Shown here in pieces: positions 29,871 through 40,544 of a stretch of 64,000 bases of DNA (the first letter of the stretch is position 1; each line of letters begins with the position of its first letter). The notes beneath the pieces are model-generated. The model was not told the DNA's origin, did no database searches, and saw nothing but the letters and a program-made list of their open reading frames with translations. Location of the stretch: positions 2,038-66,037 of the forward strand of contig CAMYPG010000005.1 of assembly GCA_947289115.1 (NCBI GenBank), written 5' to 3'. Origin of the DNA: an uncultured Gardnerella sp. GTDB lineage: Bacteria > Actinomycetota > Actinomycetes > Actinomycetales > Bifidobacteriaceae. The position numbers and the translations under genes were made by a program.

Positions 29871-31424
29871 ATGACTGATACAGAGGAAACTCAAGAAGTT
29901 GCTAATAATGCAACAAAATCCACAAAGCCTGAACTTCCAAAGAATGTTCGCGTGCGTTTTTGCCCTTCGCCAACTGGTACGCCTCACGTAGGTATGGTTC
30001 GTACCGCGCTGTTTAACTGGGCGGAGGCTCGCCATACTCACGGCAAATTGCTGTTCCGCATTGAAGATACTGATAATGAGCGCGATAGTGAGGAAAGCTA
30101 CCAGCAGATTATTGAGGCTCTTCGTTGGCTCAATATTGATTGGGATGAGGGTATTGACGTTGGCGGAGATAACGGGCCATACCGCCAGTCCCAGCGTATG
30201 GAAATTTATAAAGATGTGGCGCAAAAGCTTTTTGATGCAGGATACGCTTACGAATCCTTCTCTACTCCTGAAGAAATTAAAGAGCGTAATATTGCTGCTG
30301 GTCGTCCAGCTGAGTTTGGCTACGATGGTTACGATCGCAACCTTACTGAGGAGCAGAAGCAAGCTTTCCGCGACGAAGGTCGTAAGCCTGCACTTCGCTT
30401 GAAGATGCCAAATGAAGACATTACTTTTAACGATTTAATTCGTGGCGAAATCACTTTTAAAGCTGGATCTGTTCCTGATTATGTGATTGTTCGCCCGAAT
30501 GGCGATCCGCTTTACACGCTTACGAACCCTGTTGACGATGCGTTAATGGATGTAAACGTGGTTTTGCGCGGTGAGGATATTTTGAGCTCCACACCTCGTC
30601 AGATTGTGCTTTACCGTTATCTTATGGAAATGGGCATTGCTAAGGAAACTCCGCTTTACGGACACATGCCTTACGTTATGGGCGAAGGTAAGAAGAAGCT
30701 TTCTAAGCGAGACCCTGAGTCCAACTTGTTCTTGCATAGGGATAATGGCTTTATTCCAGAAGGCTTGTTGAACTATTTGGCTTTGCTTGGCTGGTCTATT
30801 GCGCCTGATCGCGATGTGTTCACTATGGAAGAAATGATTGAAAAGTTCGATGTGCGAGACGTTAAGGCAAATCCTGCACACTTTGACTTGGACAAGGCAA
30901 TTTCCATTAACGCTGAGCATATTCGCATGCTTGATTCGCAAGATTTCTTGAATCGCTCTGTGCCTTACTTGCATAAGGATGGCGTAGTTAGCGCGGACAA
31001 TTGGGATGCGTTGACTGATCGCGAGCGTGAAGTGCTCACAGCTGCTGCTCCTCTTGTTCAGCCTCGCGTGCGTTTGCTTGGTGAGGTCGCTGGAATGGTT
31101 GGCAGTTTGTTAAGCGAAGATGGCTACATTGAGCCAGATGACGATGCGCGTAAACAGTTGAAGGAATCTGCAGGCGAGGTTCTTGATGCTGCGCTCGCTG
31201 CTTTGAATGGCGTTGACGCTTCTGATTGGCATACTGATTCCTTGCATGAGCTTTTGAACAAGAAGCTTGTTGAGGAAGCTGGATACAAACCACGCTTGGC
31301 ATTTGGTCCTGTGCGAGTTGCACTTTCTGGCCGTCGCGTTTCTCCGCCACTGTTTGAGTCCATGGAAATCGTGGGCAAAGACGTGACATTGGCGCGTTTG
31401 GCTGGATTGCGTGAGCATTTGTAA
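29871..31424 (+). CDS. gltX: Glutamate--tRNA ligase
   Basis: [23 protein letters not shown] and KLSKR motifs. Confidence 0.98.
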   Translation: MTDTEETQEVANNATKSTKPELPKNVRVRFCPSPTGTPHVGMVRTALFNWAEARHTHGKLLFRIEDTDNERDSEESYQQIIEALRWLNIDWDEGIDVGGDNGPYRQSQRMEIYKDVAQKLFDAGYAYESFSTPEEIKERNIAAGRPAEFGYDGYDRNLTEEQKQAFRDEGRKPALRLKMPNEDITFNDLIRGEITFKAGSVPDYVIVRPNGDPLYTLTNPVDDALMDVNVVLRGEDILSSTPRQIVLYRYLMEMGIAKETPLYGHMPYVMGEGKKKLSKRDPESNLFLHRDNGFIPEGLLNYLALLGWSIAPDRDVFTMEEMIEKFDVRDVKANPAHFDLDKAISINAEHIRMLDSQDFLNRSVPYLHKDGVVSADNWDALTDREREVLTAAAPLVQPRVRLLGEVAGMVGSLLSEDGYIEPDDDARKQLKESAGEVLDAALAALNGVDASDWHTDSLHELLNKKLVEEAGYKPRLAFGPVRVALSGRRVSPPLFESMEIVGKDVTLARLAGLREHL

Positions 31425-31607
31425 ATCGTAAGCAGCTTTTAAATCTCAAGTAGATTTTGTATAAAGCGGGAATGTAGTGTAATTCTGCATTTCCGCTTTT
31501 TGTTTTTATGCGTTTTAGTATATTTTCGACACGCCGCGGTTGCGTATTGAGCAGTTATGTTGTAAAGTCGACATTTGTTGCGTCAAGAGGCGTAGCAGAT
31601 AAATGAA

Positions 31608-31680
31608 GCCCCCGTCGTCTAGCGGCCTAGGACTACGCCCTCTCACGGCGCCAACACCGGTTCAAATCCGGTCGGGGGTA
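31608..31680 (+). tRNA. tRNA-Glu(CTC)
   Basis: GCCCCCG acceptor, anticodon loop CTCTCAC, GGTTCAAATCC. Confidence 0.95.
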
Positions 31681-31720
31681 CGAAGACGGAACGGTTCCAA
31701 GAGCCGCGAAGCTTGCCAAT

Positions 31721-31792
31721 TGGGGTATGGTGTAATTGGCAACACAGGTGATTCTGGTTCATCCATTCTTGGTTCGAGTCCAGGTACCCCAG
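31721..31792 (+). tRNA. tRNA-Gln(CTG)
   Basis: TGGGGTA/TACCCCA acceptor, loop TTCTGGT, GGTTCGAGTCC. Confidence 0.95.
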
Positions 31793-32104
31793 CGAATAAC
31801 CCTCGTATTCTGCGAGGGCTTTTTTGTATTTCAAAGATAAAAGATATAGCTTACATTGCTCGTACTTTTCTTGTTTGTTATATTTGTATCGCGCATGAGA
31901 CATTTGTAACGTTTTTCGACTGATTTTCGTTATATTTGCATCATGTGAGCTACAAATATAACGCAAGCTATTGCTTCTGCTCTAATAGGCTCAGCGAATC
32001 GAGGTGATCTCGCGCATTGTGCAGCTCGAAGTCGTCGATTCGCGCAATATACACAAAGCATGACACAATAGTATGTAGTGTGTTTTTTGAAGGGAGCAGG
32101 TTCC

Positions 32105-33532
32105 GTGGGAAGTCGACAAACCTTACAGCGTTGGATGATTACAGTAGGTGGTGTCGAGCAGGCGCGCGTTGGAGCGGGTCAGTCTGTAGAGATCGGCAGA
32201 AAGCCTATACGACCTTTGCGCGAAGACGGTTTCATGCGTGTAGACATTGTAGATAATAAGCGCTCAATGTCTAAAAGACATGCGCTTTTTATAGTAGACA
32301 CAAGTGGCGTGGCTACTATTCGAGATTTGCATTCTACAAACGGAACTTATCTTGTAAACGAAAGCGGCGATTTGCTGCGATTAGATCCAGATGTTGATTT
32401 TCATATGCCAGACAGCATTGTTCGCATGCAATTTGGAGACGTGCCAATTGACTTTGTGCGTATAGAAGAGCCAGCTCCTTTGGTTGAAAATAGTGCTGAG
32501 CCTGTGCGCGACTTGTTCTCTTATGCGGCTGACGGCTCAATTAAAGAGCCAGATGCTTCGGATTTGTCGGTCGATGATATTCTTGATATTCGTGCTGGGG
32601 AGCCAACAGGTGTTTTCCGTGCACAGTCTGTTTCGCACCCTAATTTAGTGTGGGATAATCAGTCCAAATTAAATGCTGCTGGTAAAGCTGATGATGTTTA
32701 TAGTGCAAGTAAGTCTGATATTTCAATAAATCCTGTAAAACAAAGCGATCCCGTGATTGCTAGTCAGGTTGTTCTTCCTGTTGTGCGTGAAGATTTTGAG
32801 TCTGATGCAGAACCTCGTAATCTTTTTGATGATGCAGCACAAGTTAATAGTGACAAAACTAATAGCGATGAAACTGTGAATCCAGATAATATTGCGGATA
32901 ACAGTGCTGTTGCAGGTAATGCTGCTATTTCTGACAACAGTGTTGTTGCAAATGATTCTTTTGATTCTCACGATGTTCAAGACGATTCTAAAATTCAGGA
33001 CTCGCAAAATGTAGACGTTGAAAACGAGGATCATACAACGCAAGATTGGAATACTGAACAAAAAGAGATAGCAGAAATTCAAATTAATTATCAAGATGAG
33101 AATGAATTACAAGATGGGGCAGAAGATGAGTCGCCAGCAACCGACGATTCATTGCAAGATGAGCCTCAAATTCAACTAAATAATGAACAATTCATTCAAT
33201 CCAATTCAGTCAATATTCAAGAGGATTCGCAATATACTCCAGCTTTTGAACCAGGGTCTGTGTTCGAAAAAGTGTCAAATGGAGAATTCAACGCGCATAA
33301 AGAAATTGTACAAGCAGGTGGATTCACTTCGGAAGAAGCTCAGAAAACCACTGATTTCTCTAAGCAGTTTGAGATAGCAAAATATCAAGAATTACTTCCA
33401 TTTTTAGCCATGAATACAGGTCTTTATGACGATTTATACGCTTGGCTTTCAGCTCAAGGCAATGCAGACGTAGATGAAGCTTTAGCGCAAAATAGCGGGT
33501 ATAACGCTTATCGCAACGCAGTAGGTTTATAA
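32105..33532 (+). CDS. FHA-domain protein with acidic linker
   Basis: IGR...SMSKRHA...DLHSTNGT FHA motifs; D/E/N/Q-rich middle; small helical C-terminal domain; start uncertain. Confidence 0.88.
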   Translation: MGSRQTLQRWMITVGGVEQARVGAGQSVEIGRKPIRPLREDGFMRVDIVDNKRSMSKRHALFIVDTSGVATIRDLHSTNGTYLVNESGDLLRLDPDVDFHMPDSIVRMQFGDVPIDFVRIEEPAPLVENSAEPVRDLFSYAADGSIKEPDASDLSVDDILDIRAGEPTGVFRAQSVSHPNLVWDNQSKLNAAGKADDVYSASKSDISINPVKQSDPVIASQVVLPVVREDFESDAEPRNLFDDAAQVNSDKTNSDETVNPDNIADNSAVAGNAAISDNSVVANDSFDSHDVQDDSKIQDSQNVDVENEDHTTQDWNTEQKEIAEIQINYQDENELQDGAEDESPATDDSLQDEPQIQLNNEQFIQSNSVNIQEDSQYTPAFEPGSVFEKVSNGEFNAHKEIVQAGGFTSEEAQKTTDFSKQFEIAKYQELLPFLAMNTGLYDDLYAWLSAQGNADVDEALAQNSGYNAYRNAVGL

Positions 33533-33550
33533 ATAGGGGAGTTTAGTAGT

Positions 33551-36500
33551 ATGAGCGGCGAACAGAATGATTTTATAAGCCAAGTAAATCAAGCACATAA
33601 TGCAAGTGAACAAAATTATCAAGAAGCTTACGAGCAGAATGCGCAAATTAGGCAGGAAAGTACGCAGGCTACAGCTTCACGAGACGAAAAGTTAAGGCGA
33701 ATAAACTCTTGGCGCGAACAATACAAGTCGCAGCTTGCGCCTTCGCCACTTGAAGACATAACAAAACTTTCCGCACAATTAGAATTAACGCATGCTCACC
33801 CATCTGGTATAGCGCAGCTTTTTGCGAGTGGAAAAGTAACTCTTCAGGCGTTATTCCGTGATTCTGGAATGTTACGCGCAGCAGGAAGAAGACTCGATAG
33901 GGTTTTTGAAGATAGAGACAATAAAGCGCACGAAAATGGTGTTTCGGAGCTTTCGCTCGTTGTTGGAGTGGCATCGTGGAGCGGTAATCATGTGCCAGTT
34001 TTAACATACCCAGTGCGAGTTATTCGAGAGTCGGGCAAGGATGAAACATACGCAACAATCTACTTTTCTGGCAATGTGCGTTTAAACCATGCTCTTGTTC
34101 TTAGATTGCAAGAGAGAGGCGTGAATCTTAGTGAAGACGCGCTTTTTGACGGCGCAAACTATGAGAGCGGAACACCAGAAACGTCAGCTGTTTTTGATGC
34201 AATTTGTGCATCTGCTCGCAGCGTGTTCCCGGATTTTGATATTGAACGAGATATTGTTCTTGGATGTTTTACTGATTCGGGATCCAGATTTTTGGCTGAA
34301 AGCGCTCAGATTTTGCAGGCGCTTAAAGTTGGGAATGTTGGAAACACTATGATTGATGCGGTTGCTGGCGATGAGCGTGCGCTTCAAGAGTTGGCGGCAA
34401 ATGATAGGCAAGAGTATTCTCCTCTAGATGTAGACCCTCATGGTGAATATGAAGTCGGTGATGTAGATAATGTTGTGCGTTATGCATCTGGTTTAGCCGC
34501 TAATGGCGTTTCTCTGGCGCTAGACGTGGATGCTGGATCTGATTCTGCTTCTATCGCAGCTGCAATTTCTTCACGCTGTGTCCTTGCTGGAAAGTCCATC
34601 TTATATGTTCCAAATGTTATGGAACAACAGCGTCGATTCCGTCACGCTCTCAGTGCGAATGAGATTTCTTCGCTTGCGCTAGACGTTTCAGATTCTCACC
34701 TTGCAAAACATGTGGATTCCCAGCTCATAGCTGCAGTTGGGGCGCGTCAAAGCGTTGCTTCTAGCCGTTTTGAGCAAGTTTGTGACGAGTTAGTTGGTGT
34801 TAAAACTCGCTTAAATCGTTATTTGGGAGACTTGCACGGAGTAGATGAGCGTTGGGGCGTATCAGCATATCAGACAATGCAAAATCTTGCTGCTATTGCA
34901 ATGTTGCCTACTCATCCTTGTACTCATGTAAGACTAGATGTTGCTGCTGCAAGATCACTTTCTGGTCATTTAGATGAATGGGCGCAAAAATTACATCAAG
35001 CAGATGAGCTTGGAGAATTTACTATAAAGCCTGAAGATACCCCGTGGTTTGGTGCGTCTTTGTTCAATGAGAATGAGGCTGTTGCTGTATATCAGCGCGT
35101 TGTAGATGTTCTACTAAAGCTTCTTCCTGCAGCACGCGAACATGTTAAATCAACTGTTCAAAACTGCGGTTTTCCTGTTCCTGCTACCGCACGTGAATGG
35201 GGTAGACAGGTTACGGTGTTAAAGAATCTTCGCCGAGTTTTAGATGTTTTCCAAGCAGATATTTTTGAACGTGATCTTAGCGCGATGATTGAAGCAAGTA
35301 AGCCTAAAGCTGTTCGCAAGCGTGAAGGTACAGTAATGGGCTTCTGGGAGCGTAGACGTCATATTAAAGAAGCGCGTAGTCTTTTGCGTGTAGGAGCTAA
35401 AGTAGATGATCTGCATGAGGCTTTGAAGATTGTTGCTCAGCAAGCTGCTCAGTGGCGTACTTTTGTTCCTCATGGGGGGTGGCCTGTGTTGCCGCCTAAG
35501 TTAGATGAGATTGTTAGCACTCAGGAGCTTTTGGATCGTAATCTTGTAGCTCTTGACGCTGTTCTTTCCACCACGCGTTTGGGTGCTGATCTTGAAAATG
35601 TTGAGTTTACTAAACTTGATGAGCGTTTGCAGTCTTTACATGACGATCGCGCTTCCTTAGATACTTTACCTGGTAGGTGCGTGATTGAGCGCGATTTACG
35701 CGGTGTTGGTTTAGAAGACCTTGTTTGCGATTTGCGTAGGCGTAATGTCACTGGTTCTGCGTTAGATGGTGAGCTTCACTTGGCTTGGTGGACTACGGTT
35801 TTTGAAGATATCGTTAATTCTTCCGCGATTATTTCTAACCAAGATGGTTCGGCTATGCAAGATGCTTCTGACCGTTTTGTTCAGGTAGATACTGAGCATG
35901 TGCGTTCTGTGGGACCTATGGTTCAGCAAGAGACTCTAAAGCGTTTGTGTGAACTTCTTTTCGCTAGGTCTCAGGAAGCTAATCAGCTTCACACAACCTT
36001 AGCAAGTAATAGTTCTGGCGTGACTTTTACCAAATTGATGAATTCTCATGCAGATCTTCTTCTTGCTGCTAAGCCAATTATTGTGGCTATGCCTTCTACT
36101 TTGACTATGATGACTGAATTTAAGCCGATTGTAGACATTGTAATCCTTGATTCTGTTGAGCATTTGAGTAATATCGAGCTTCTTAGCATTCTTGCTCGTG
36201 CACGCCAAGTTGTGGTCATTGCTCATAAGAATACGGTAAGTTCGCAGAGTGTTAACGATTTGATTAGTGTTTTGCCTTCTGTACATGTTAAATCTCGTGC
36301 TACTAGGCGTTCGCTTCGTCTTGCTAATTTCCTTGAAAATCATGGTTATGGTTCGCTTCGCCACGATGTTCCTGTAGATAGAATGCAAGGTAAAGTTAAG
36401 CTTCACCAAGTTGAGGCTTCTGGTGTTCCTGTTATGTCTACTGGTTTGATTGAGAGCAGCCAGAGGGAAATTGACGAGGTTGTTTCATTGATAAAACAGC

Positions 36501-37372
36501 GTGCTACGACTTTCACGGTAGTTCCTTCCAGCTATGTTCTTGCAGTTGTAACTCTTACAAGTGTGTTTAGGAATCGTTTAGGAGCGGAGCTTAAGGCTCT
36601 TGCTATTAAAGATGAAAATATGAATAGATTCCTTCGCCATGTTCGTCTTGTAGATGCTAGTGAGTCTGTTGGTGCTGCCGCTACGGATGTTATTCTTTCC
36701 TTATGCTATGCAAAAACTTCTCACGGTAGGCTTTTGCAACAATTTGGTGTTTTGGAAGAAGAAGGCGGTAAGGGCATACTTCTTGATTCGTTAGCATTAG
36801 CTCGTAGGAATTTAGATATTGTTTGCGCGTTTAAATCTAGTGATATGGAAGATGAACGTTTGCATCAGTATGGTCCTAAGCTGCTTAAAGAATTGCTTAT
36901 TTGGGCTGAGCAGTTGGATGATAGTCCAGTAAATCCAACTGATTTTGATGAAGCAAAACCTGAATATGATCAAGATAAGGCAGAAGATAAGGCAGAAGCT
37001 GCAGGTGCGCGTGCGAAGGCTTTTGATTCTTCAGTAGACAGTTTTAATAATGTTTTGTTTACTGATTTGGCGGATCGTATTCGCGCTCGCGGATTGTGCG
37101 TAGCGGTGAATTACGGATTTGATAAGGAACACAGTATTCCTCTTGTTGTTGGTTTGCCAGATAAACCTTTTGCTCTTGCTGTTTTAACGGATGATATGAG
37201 ATTCATGAATATAGAATCAACGCGTGAACGTCATCGCATGTTTGCTCAAGATTTAGAGTATCTTGGCTGGTCTGTTATGAATGTTTGGAGCGTTGGAGCA
37301 TTCGTAAATCCTGAAAAAGAGGTTGAGCGGGTTGTTTCTAGAATAGGCGAGCTTTATGGTGAAGATCAGTGA
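33551..37372 (+). CDS. Large DUF4011/SF1-helicase/Vsr-like protein with degenerate ATPase motifs
   Basis: N-terminal ENGVSELSLVVGVASW...PVLTYPV, helicase C-terminal remnants (DVILSLCY, ARRNL) and C-terminal TRERHR...LEYLGWSVMNVWS. Confidence 0.7.
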   Translation: MSGEQNDFISQVNQAHNASEQNYQEAYEQNAQIRQESTQATASRDEKLRRINSWREQYKSQLAPSPLEDITKLSAQLELTHAHPSGIAQLFASGKVTLQALFRDSGMLRAAGRRLDRVFEDRDNKAHENGVSELSLVVGVASWSGNHVPVLTYPVRVIRESGKDETYATIYFSGNVRLNHALVLRLQERGVNLSEDALFDGANYESGTPETSAVFDAICASARSVFPDFDIERDIVLGCFTDSGSRFLAESAQILQALKVGNVGNTMIDAVAGDERALQELAANDRQEYSPLDVDPHGEYEVGDVDNVVRYASGLAANGVSLALDVDAGSDSASIAAAISSRCVLAGKSILYVPNVMEQQRRFRHALSANEISSLALDVSDSHLAKHVDSQLIAAVGARQSVASSRFEQVCDELVGVKTRLNRYLGDLHGVDERWGVSAYQTMQNLAAIAMLPTHPCTHVRLDVAAARSLSGHLDEWAQKLHQADELGEFTIKPEDTPWFGASLFNENEAVAVYQRVVDVLLKLLPAAREHVKSTVQNCGFPVPATAREWGRQVTVLKNLRRVLDVFQADIFERDLSAMIEASKPKAVRKREGTVMGFWERRRHIKEARSLLRVGAKVDDLHEALKIVAQQAAQWRTFVPHGGWPVLPPKLDEIVSTQELLDRNLVALDAVLSTTRLGADLENVEFTKLDERLQSLHDDRASLDTLPGRCVIERDLRGVGLEDLVCDLRRRNVTGSALDGELHLAWWTTVFEDIVNSSAIISNQDGSAMQDASDRFVQVDTEHVRSVGPMVQQETLKRLCELLFARSQEANQLHTTLASNSSGVTFTKLMNSHADLLLAAKPIIVAMPSTLTMMTEFKPIVDIVILDSVEHLSNIELLSILARARQVVVIAHKNTVSSQSVNDLISVLPSVHVKSRATRRSLRLANFLENHGYGSLRHDVPVDRMQGKVKLHQVEASGVPVMSTGLIESSQREIDEVVSLIKQRATTFTVVPSSYVLAVVTLTSVFRNRLGAELKALAIKDENMNRFLRHVRLVDASESVGAAATDVILSLCYAKTSHGRLLQQFGVLEEEGGKGILLDSLALARRNLDIVCAFKSSDMEDERLHQYGPKLLKELLIWAEQLDDSPVNPTDFDEAKPEYDQDKAEDKAEAAGARAKAFDSSVDSFNNVLFTDLADRIRARGLCVAVNYGFDKEHSIPLVVGLPDKPFALAVLTDDMRFMNIESTRERHRMFAQDLEYLGWSVMNVWSVGAFVNPEKEVERVVSRIGELYGEDQ

Positions 37373-37396
37373 GCCGTGATAGGTGAGTGACTATAG

Positions 37397-37600
37397 GTGA
37401 GTGACTATAATCCCAATCGCAGATGTTCTAGAACGCATAATCGAGTAGTTCGTAAAGGCTCTGAGCTTTTTGATGCTGATGGCGTTAAGCTGGAGCCTTC
37501 GGATTTTCAGACTTTAGACCAGCGCTCTAAAGATGACGATAATCGTATTCTTGGAGAGCTTCCGCCTCATTGGGCAGTTTTTAGTGAACGTGGTAGGTAA
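37397..37600 (+). CDS. Small hypothetical protein
   Basis: 67 aa ending RILGELPPHW; follows the helicase-like gene. Confidence 0.65.
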   Translation: MSDYNPNRRCSRTHNRVVRKGSELFDADGVKLEPSDFQTLDQRSKDDDNRILGELPPHWAVFSERGR

Positions 37601-37607
37601 AACTGTT

Positions 37608-38279
37608 TTATCCTCGTATTGCAATAACCGCAAGGTTTGTAATAATAGATTGTGTATTTATTATCTGTAACGCAGACTCTGCAGGCATGGCTAGTAACGC
37701 GTTTTGAGATGAATTGCCTGTTTTGACTACTATTACATCGTGGATAAAAGAAATGTTTTTATTTTCTTGAACAATGTCATTCTCGTTGTGATCTCCTCTT
37801 GAAACTTTGCTAAATGCTATCGAAATATTTTCTCCAATGTTTAAATCTTGGTTGTTGCTTGCCAGTTTTATTGAAATCGTTGTGAATCCTGGTGGAATTT
37901 TTGCTTGTTGTGTAATCTGACTAGTAAAGATAGGCATACCATATTTGATATTGCAGGTTGCGATAATAGCATTTTTGATCAAATCTTTGTTAATAACATG
38001 ATTAAAAACACTGTTTTTGGGCACGTTAACATAAGACAAATCATCTTGTTTAATAAGAGTGCCTTTAGATATATCTCTAATTGCTACAGGTATGATTTGC
38101 GTTTCTTGACAGCTCGTAATCATATTTATTGCAATAAGTGTTGCAACGCTAATAAAAGATACTGTAAGCGCATTTAACAAAAGTGCTTTCTGCCTGCGTT
38201 TTAAAAGCATGGCTGGCACTTGATTTTCGTGCGCATCATGCGTGCTAGATGTGTTTTTTAATATTGATATCATGCTCAT
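37608..38279 (-). CDS. SAF-domain (FlgA/CpaB-like) membrane-anchored protein
   Basis: TM helix followed by VAIRDISKGTLIKQDDL. Confidence 0.7.
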   Translation of the reverse strand: MSMISILKNTSSTHDAHENQVPAMLLKRRQKALLLNALTVSFISVATLIAINMITSCQETQIIPVAIRDISKGTLIKQDDLSYVNVPKNSVFNHVINKDLIKNAIIATCNIKYGMPIFTSQITQQAKIPPGFTTISIKLASNNQDLNIGENISIAFSKVSRGDHNENDIVQENKNISFIHDVIVVKTGNSSQNALLAMPAESALQIINTQSIITNLAVIAIRG

Positions 38280-38329
38280 AGAAGCATCATCTAATAAAAG
38301 GTGATGCTTCTACAAGATATTTTTGTCAA

Positions 38330-38429
38330 TGTGGTTAAAGGTTATTTTCTATTGTAAATTAGACGATTTTATGCACTTTTCCACAAATTTGCTAATAAGC
38401 GAAATTGTTTATGCACATTTCCACAAATT
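38330..38429. promoter_or_regulatory. Cluster of DnaA-box-like 9-mers
   Basis: TTTTCCACA (38377), TTATGCACA (38409), ATTTCCACA (38417) and TGTGGTTAA (38330). Confidence 0.5.
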
Positions 38430-38449
38430 GTTTGTACCTGCTTGAAAAA

Positions 38450-38626
38450 TTATTTATCAGTGCGATAAAATCCGCTACCTTTAAAATTGATTGGTGGCGC
38501 AGAAAACACCTTACGAAGTTCTGGTTTTCCGCATTTTGGACACACTGTAATTGGGTCATCTTCAAACGATTGATATTCCGAAAAATCATATCCACATTGC
38601 TTGCAACGGTAATGATAAGTAGGCAA
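38450..38626 (-). CDS. FmdB-family zinc-ribbon protein
   Basis: Absent from the ORF track. TTG start after GGAGG: MPTYHYRCKQCGYDF...CPKCGKPELRKVFSAPPINFKGSGFYRTDK. Confidence 0.92.
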   Translation of the reverse strand: MPTYHYRCKQCGYDFSEYQSFEDDPITVCPKCGKPELRKVFSAPPINFKGSGFYRTDK

Positions 38627-38812
38627 CGGTTCCTCCGATCTTTATTTCCATCACATATCCTAGCTCATTCCCGCACCGCATGAAAGATGACTTAAAATAT
38701 ATGCAAAAAGATGCAGTAATTTGTAAAAATTTAATGTAATAATTCCTATAATTGCGACACGCCGAATTGGTTTTGGCTCTTCACATCCGTAACGCACTTT
38801 ATATTTATACGT

Positions 38813-39910
38813 ATGGGTTATGAATCGGTGAGTGCGTTAATTGTATTAATTATCATCATAGCCTTAATGTTTGGTTGGTTGCCTAAGCGCACTGTTAACA
38901 GCATGAAGTCAATGTTGGAGCACAGCGAAGATAGGTATTCACCTTCGCTGCATATTGTGGATGAGCGTAGTGCCTCGCTGTTCCATGAGTGTAGTGGTGC
39001 GATGGCGAAAGGGGTTGGAATGCAACCGTCAGAGAAGCGATCGAATAAAAATAAGAACACTAAAAATAAGAGCAATAAGTCAAAGGTGTTAAGAGATAAT
39101 TTTACTCCGCAACATGTGGCTCGTATTCGTGCTCTTCGTCGCGCTGCGGTTCGTCGTCGCCGTATTTTGGTTTTTTCGCTTGTTTTCTTGACACTTGTGG
39201 TTCTTGTAGCTGGTTTGTCTGGATTATATTCTGCTTGGTTCGCTCTTATACCATTCGCTATGGTGTCAACAGTTCTTTACTTTGGCTCTATTGCGGCAAA
39301 GCATGCGCGAGATTGGGAAGCGCGCGTTGCTGCTTATAACAAATCTGCTGGAGTGCCGCAAAACTATGGTAAAAAAGGTTATGGCGAATCTAGTGAATCT
39401 ATTGTGGAACCAGTTTTTGACGCAATTGTCAATTCTGTTGTAGCTCATGAAGAAGAGTATCAAAATTATTCATCAGGTTCTGTTACACAATATTCGTCGA
39501 ATACTCAAGACAATACAGAAACTTCTGTTATGCAGCAGCGTGAAATTAGTATGGCTTTAGAACGCGTCAATTCGCAGAATGCTAATGGTTATGTATCTGC
39601 TGGTAATCAGTCATCGTCTTTGCCTGATGTATCTGATTCTTCTGGCGCGTCTGATTCGTCTGAATCTCATCAAGATTTAATATCTTTCTCGTTTGGGTCT
39701 GATTCTACAGAATCTTCTTCAAATGACAAGAATAATGGTCCGTTAAGCTTGGAAATAAAGTCCACTAAGCAGGTTGCTAAGGCAATTTCAGCTAAAAAAC
39801 CGCTTTCTACTAAAGAAGCTTCCGATAATAATGTGGAACCACCAGTTATTACTGAAGATTCATTAGGAAAAGCTGATTTGCGAGATGTTTTAGCTCGTCG
39901 CACTGCATGA
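38813..39910 (+). CDS. Membrane protein with three hydrophobic helices and disordered tail (possibly SepX/GlpR-like)
   Basis: N-terminal TM, RRAAVRRRR followed by two TMs, Ser-rich tail; family assignment is inference. Confidence 0.55.
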   Translation: MGYESVSALIVLIIIIALMFGWLPKRTVNSMKSMLEHSEDRYSPSLHIVDERSASLFHECSGAMAKGVGMQPSEKRSNKNKNTKNKSNKSKVLRDNFTPQHVARIRALRRAAVRRRRILVFSLVFLTLVVLVAGLSGLYSAWFALIPFAMVSTVLYFGSIAAKHARDWEARVAAYNKSAGVPQNYGKKGYGESSESIVEPVFDAIVNSVVAHEEEYQNYSSGSVTQYSSNTQDNTETSVMQQREISMALERVNSQNANGYVSAGNQSSSLPDVSDSSGASDSSESHQDLISFSFGSDSTESSSNDKNNGPLSLEIKSTKQVAKAISAKKPLSTKEASDNNVEPPVITEDSLGKADLRDVLARRTA

Positions 39911-39966
39911 AAATAAGTTTAAAAGTAGATTAAAATACACATATTTTTAAAAAATTTTCCAAAATT

Positions 39967-39993
39967 TTAGCACTCTAGTTGGTAGAGTGCTAA
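39967..39993. promoter_or_regulatory. CIRCE element (HrcA operator)
   Basis: Perfect TTAGCACTC-N9-GAGTGCTAA upstream of groES. Confidence 0.96.
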
Positions 39994-40102
39994 AAACGCG
40001 CTATTATAAATCACAGTGCGCGATAGTTTTGACGTGATCGTCAGCCTCGTCAATATTATTTGTGCGAATAGTTACATTTCTCTTAAGAAAGAGGTGGCGA
40101 CA

Positions 40103-40396
40103 GTGTCGATTAAGCTCACACCGTTGGAAGATAAGATTATTGTTAAGCAAGCTCAGGCAGAAACTCAAACTGCTTCTGGCTTGTATATTCCAGATAACGC
40201 TAAGGAAAAGCCACAACAGGGCGAAGTATTGGCTGTTGGACCAGGTCGTCGCGACGACAAGGGTGAGCGCATTCCTATGGACGTTAAAGTTGGAGACAAG
40301 GTTCTTTACTCCAAGTATGGCGGCACAGAAGTTCATTACGAAGGCGAAGATTATTTAATTGTTTCGTCTCGTGACGTTCTTGCAATCCTTGGCTGA
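40103..40396 (+). CDS. groES: Co-chaperonin GroES
   Basis: GTG start after [35 protein letters not shown]. Confidence 0.97.
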   Translation: MSIKLTPLEDKIIVKQAQAETQTASGLYIPDNAKEKPQQGEVLAVGPGRRDDKGERIPMDVKVGDKVLYSKYGGTEVHYEGEDYLIVSSRDVLAILG

Positions 40397-40544
40397 TTTT
40401 TGATTAATTGTTTGGTTGATTGCTTTGCTAATCGCTTGTAATTAATCAAATAATATTTGAATCTATTTAACGCTGAAAATAACGGTTCGCCGCTGTTTTC
40501 AGCGTTTTTGCTTAATTTGTTTAAGACGCGACTATTATAAAATC

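Noticed and set aside
31603..31966. ORFs 31603..31923 and 31643..31966
   Set aside because: They overlap tRNA-Glu and tRNA-Gln. The same applies to the ORFs over 41632-41936.
38392..38683. ORF-track calls 38392..38595 and 38405..38683
   Set aside because: Wrong frames; the real gene is the 58-aa FmdB protein at 38450..38626.
40103..40396. groES without adjacent groEL
   Set aside because: Split groES/groEL is normal in Bifidobacteriaceae.
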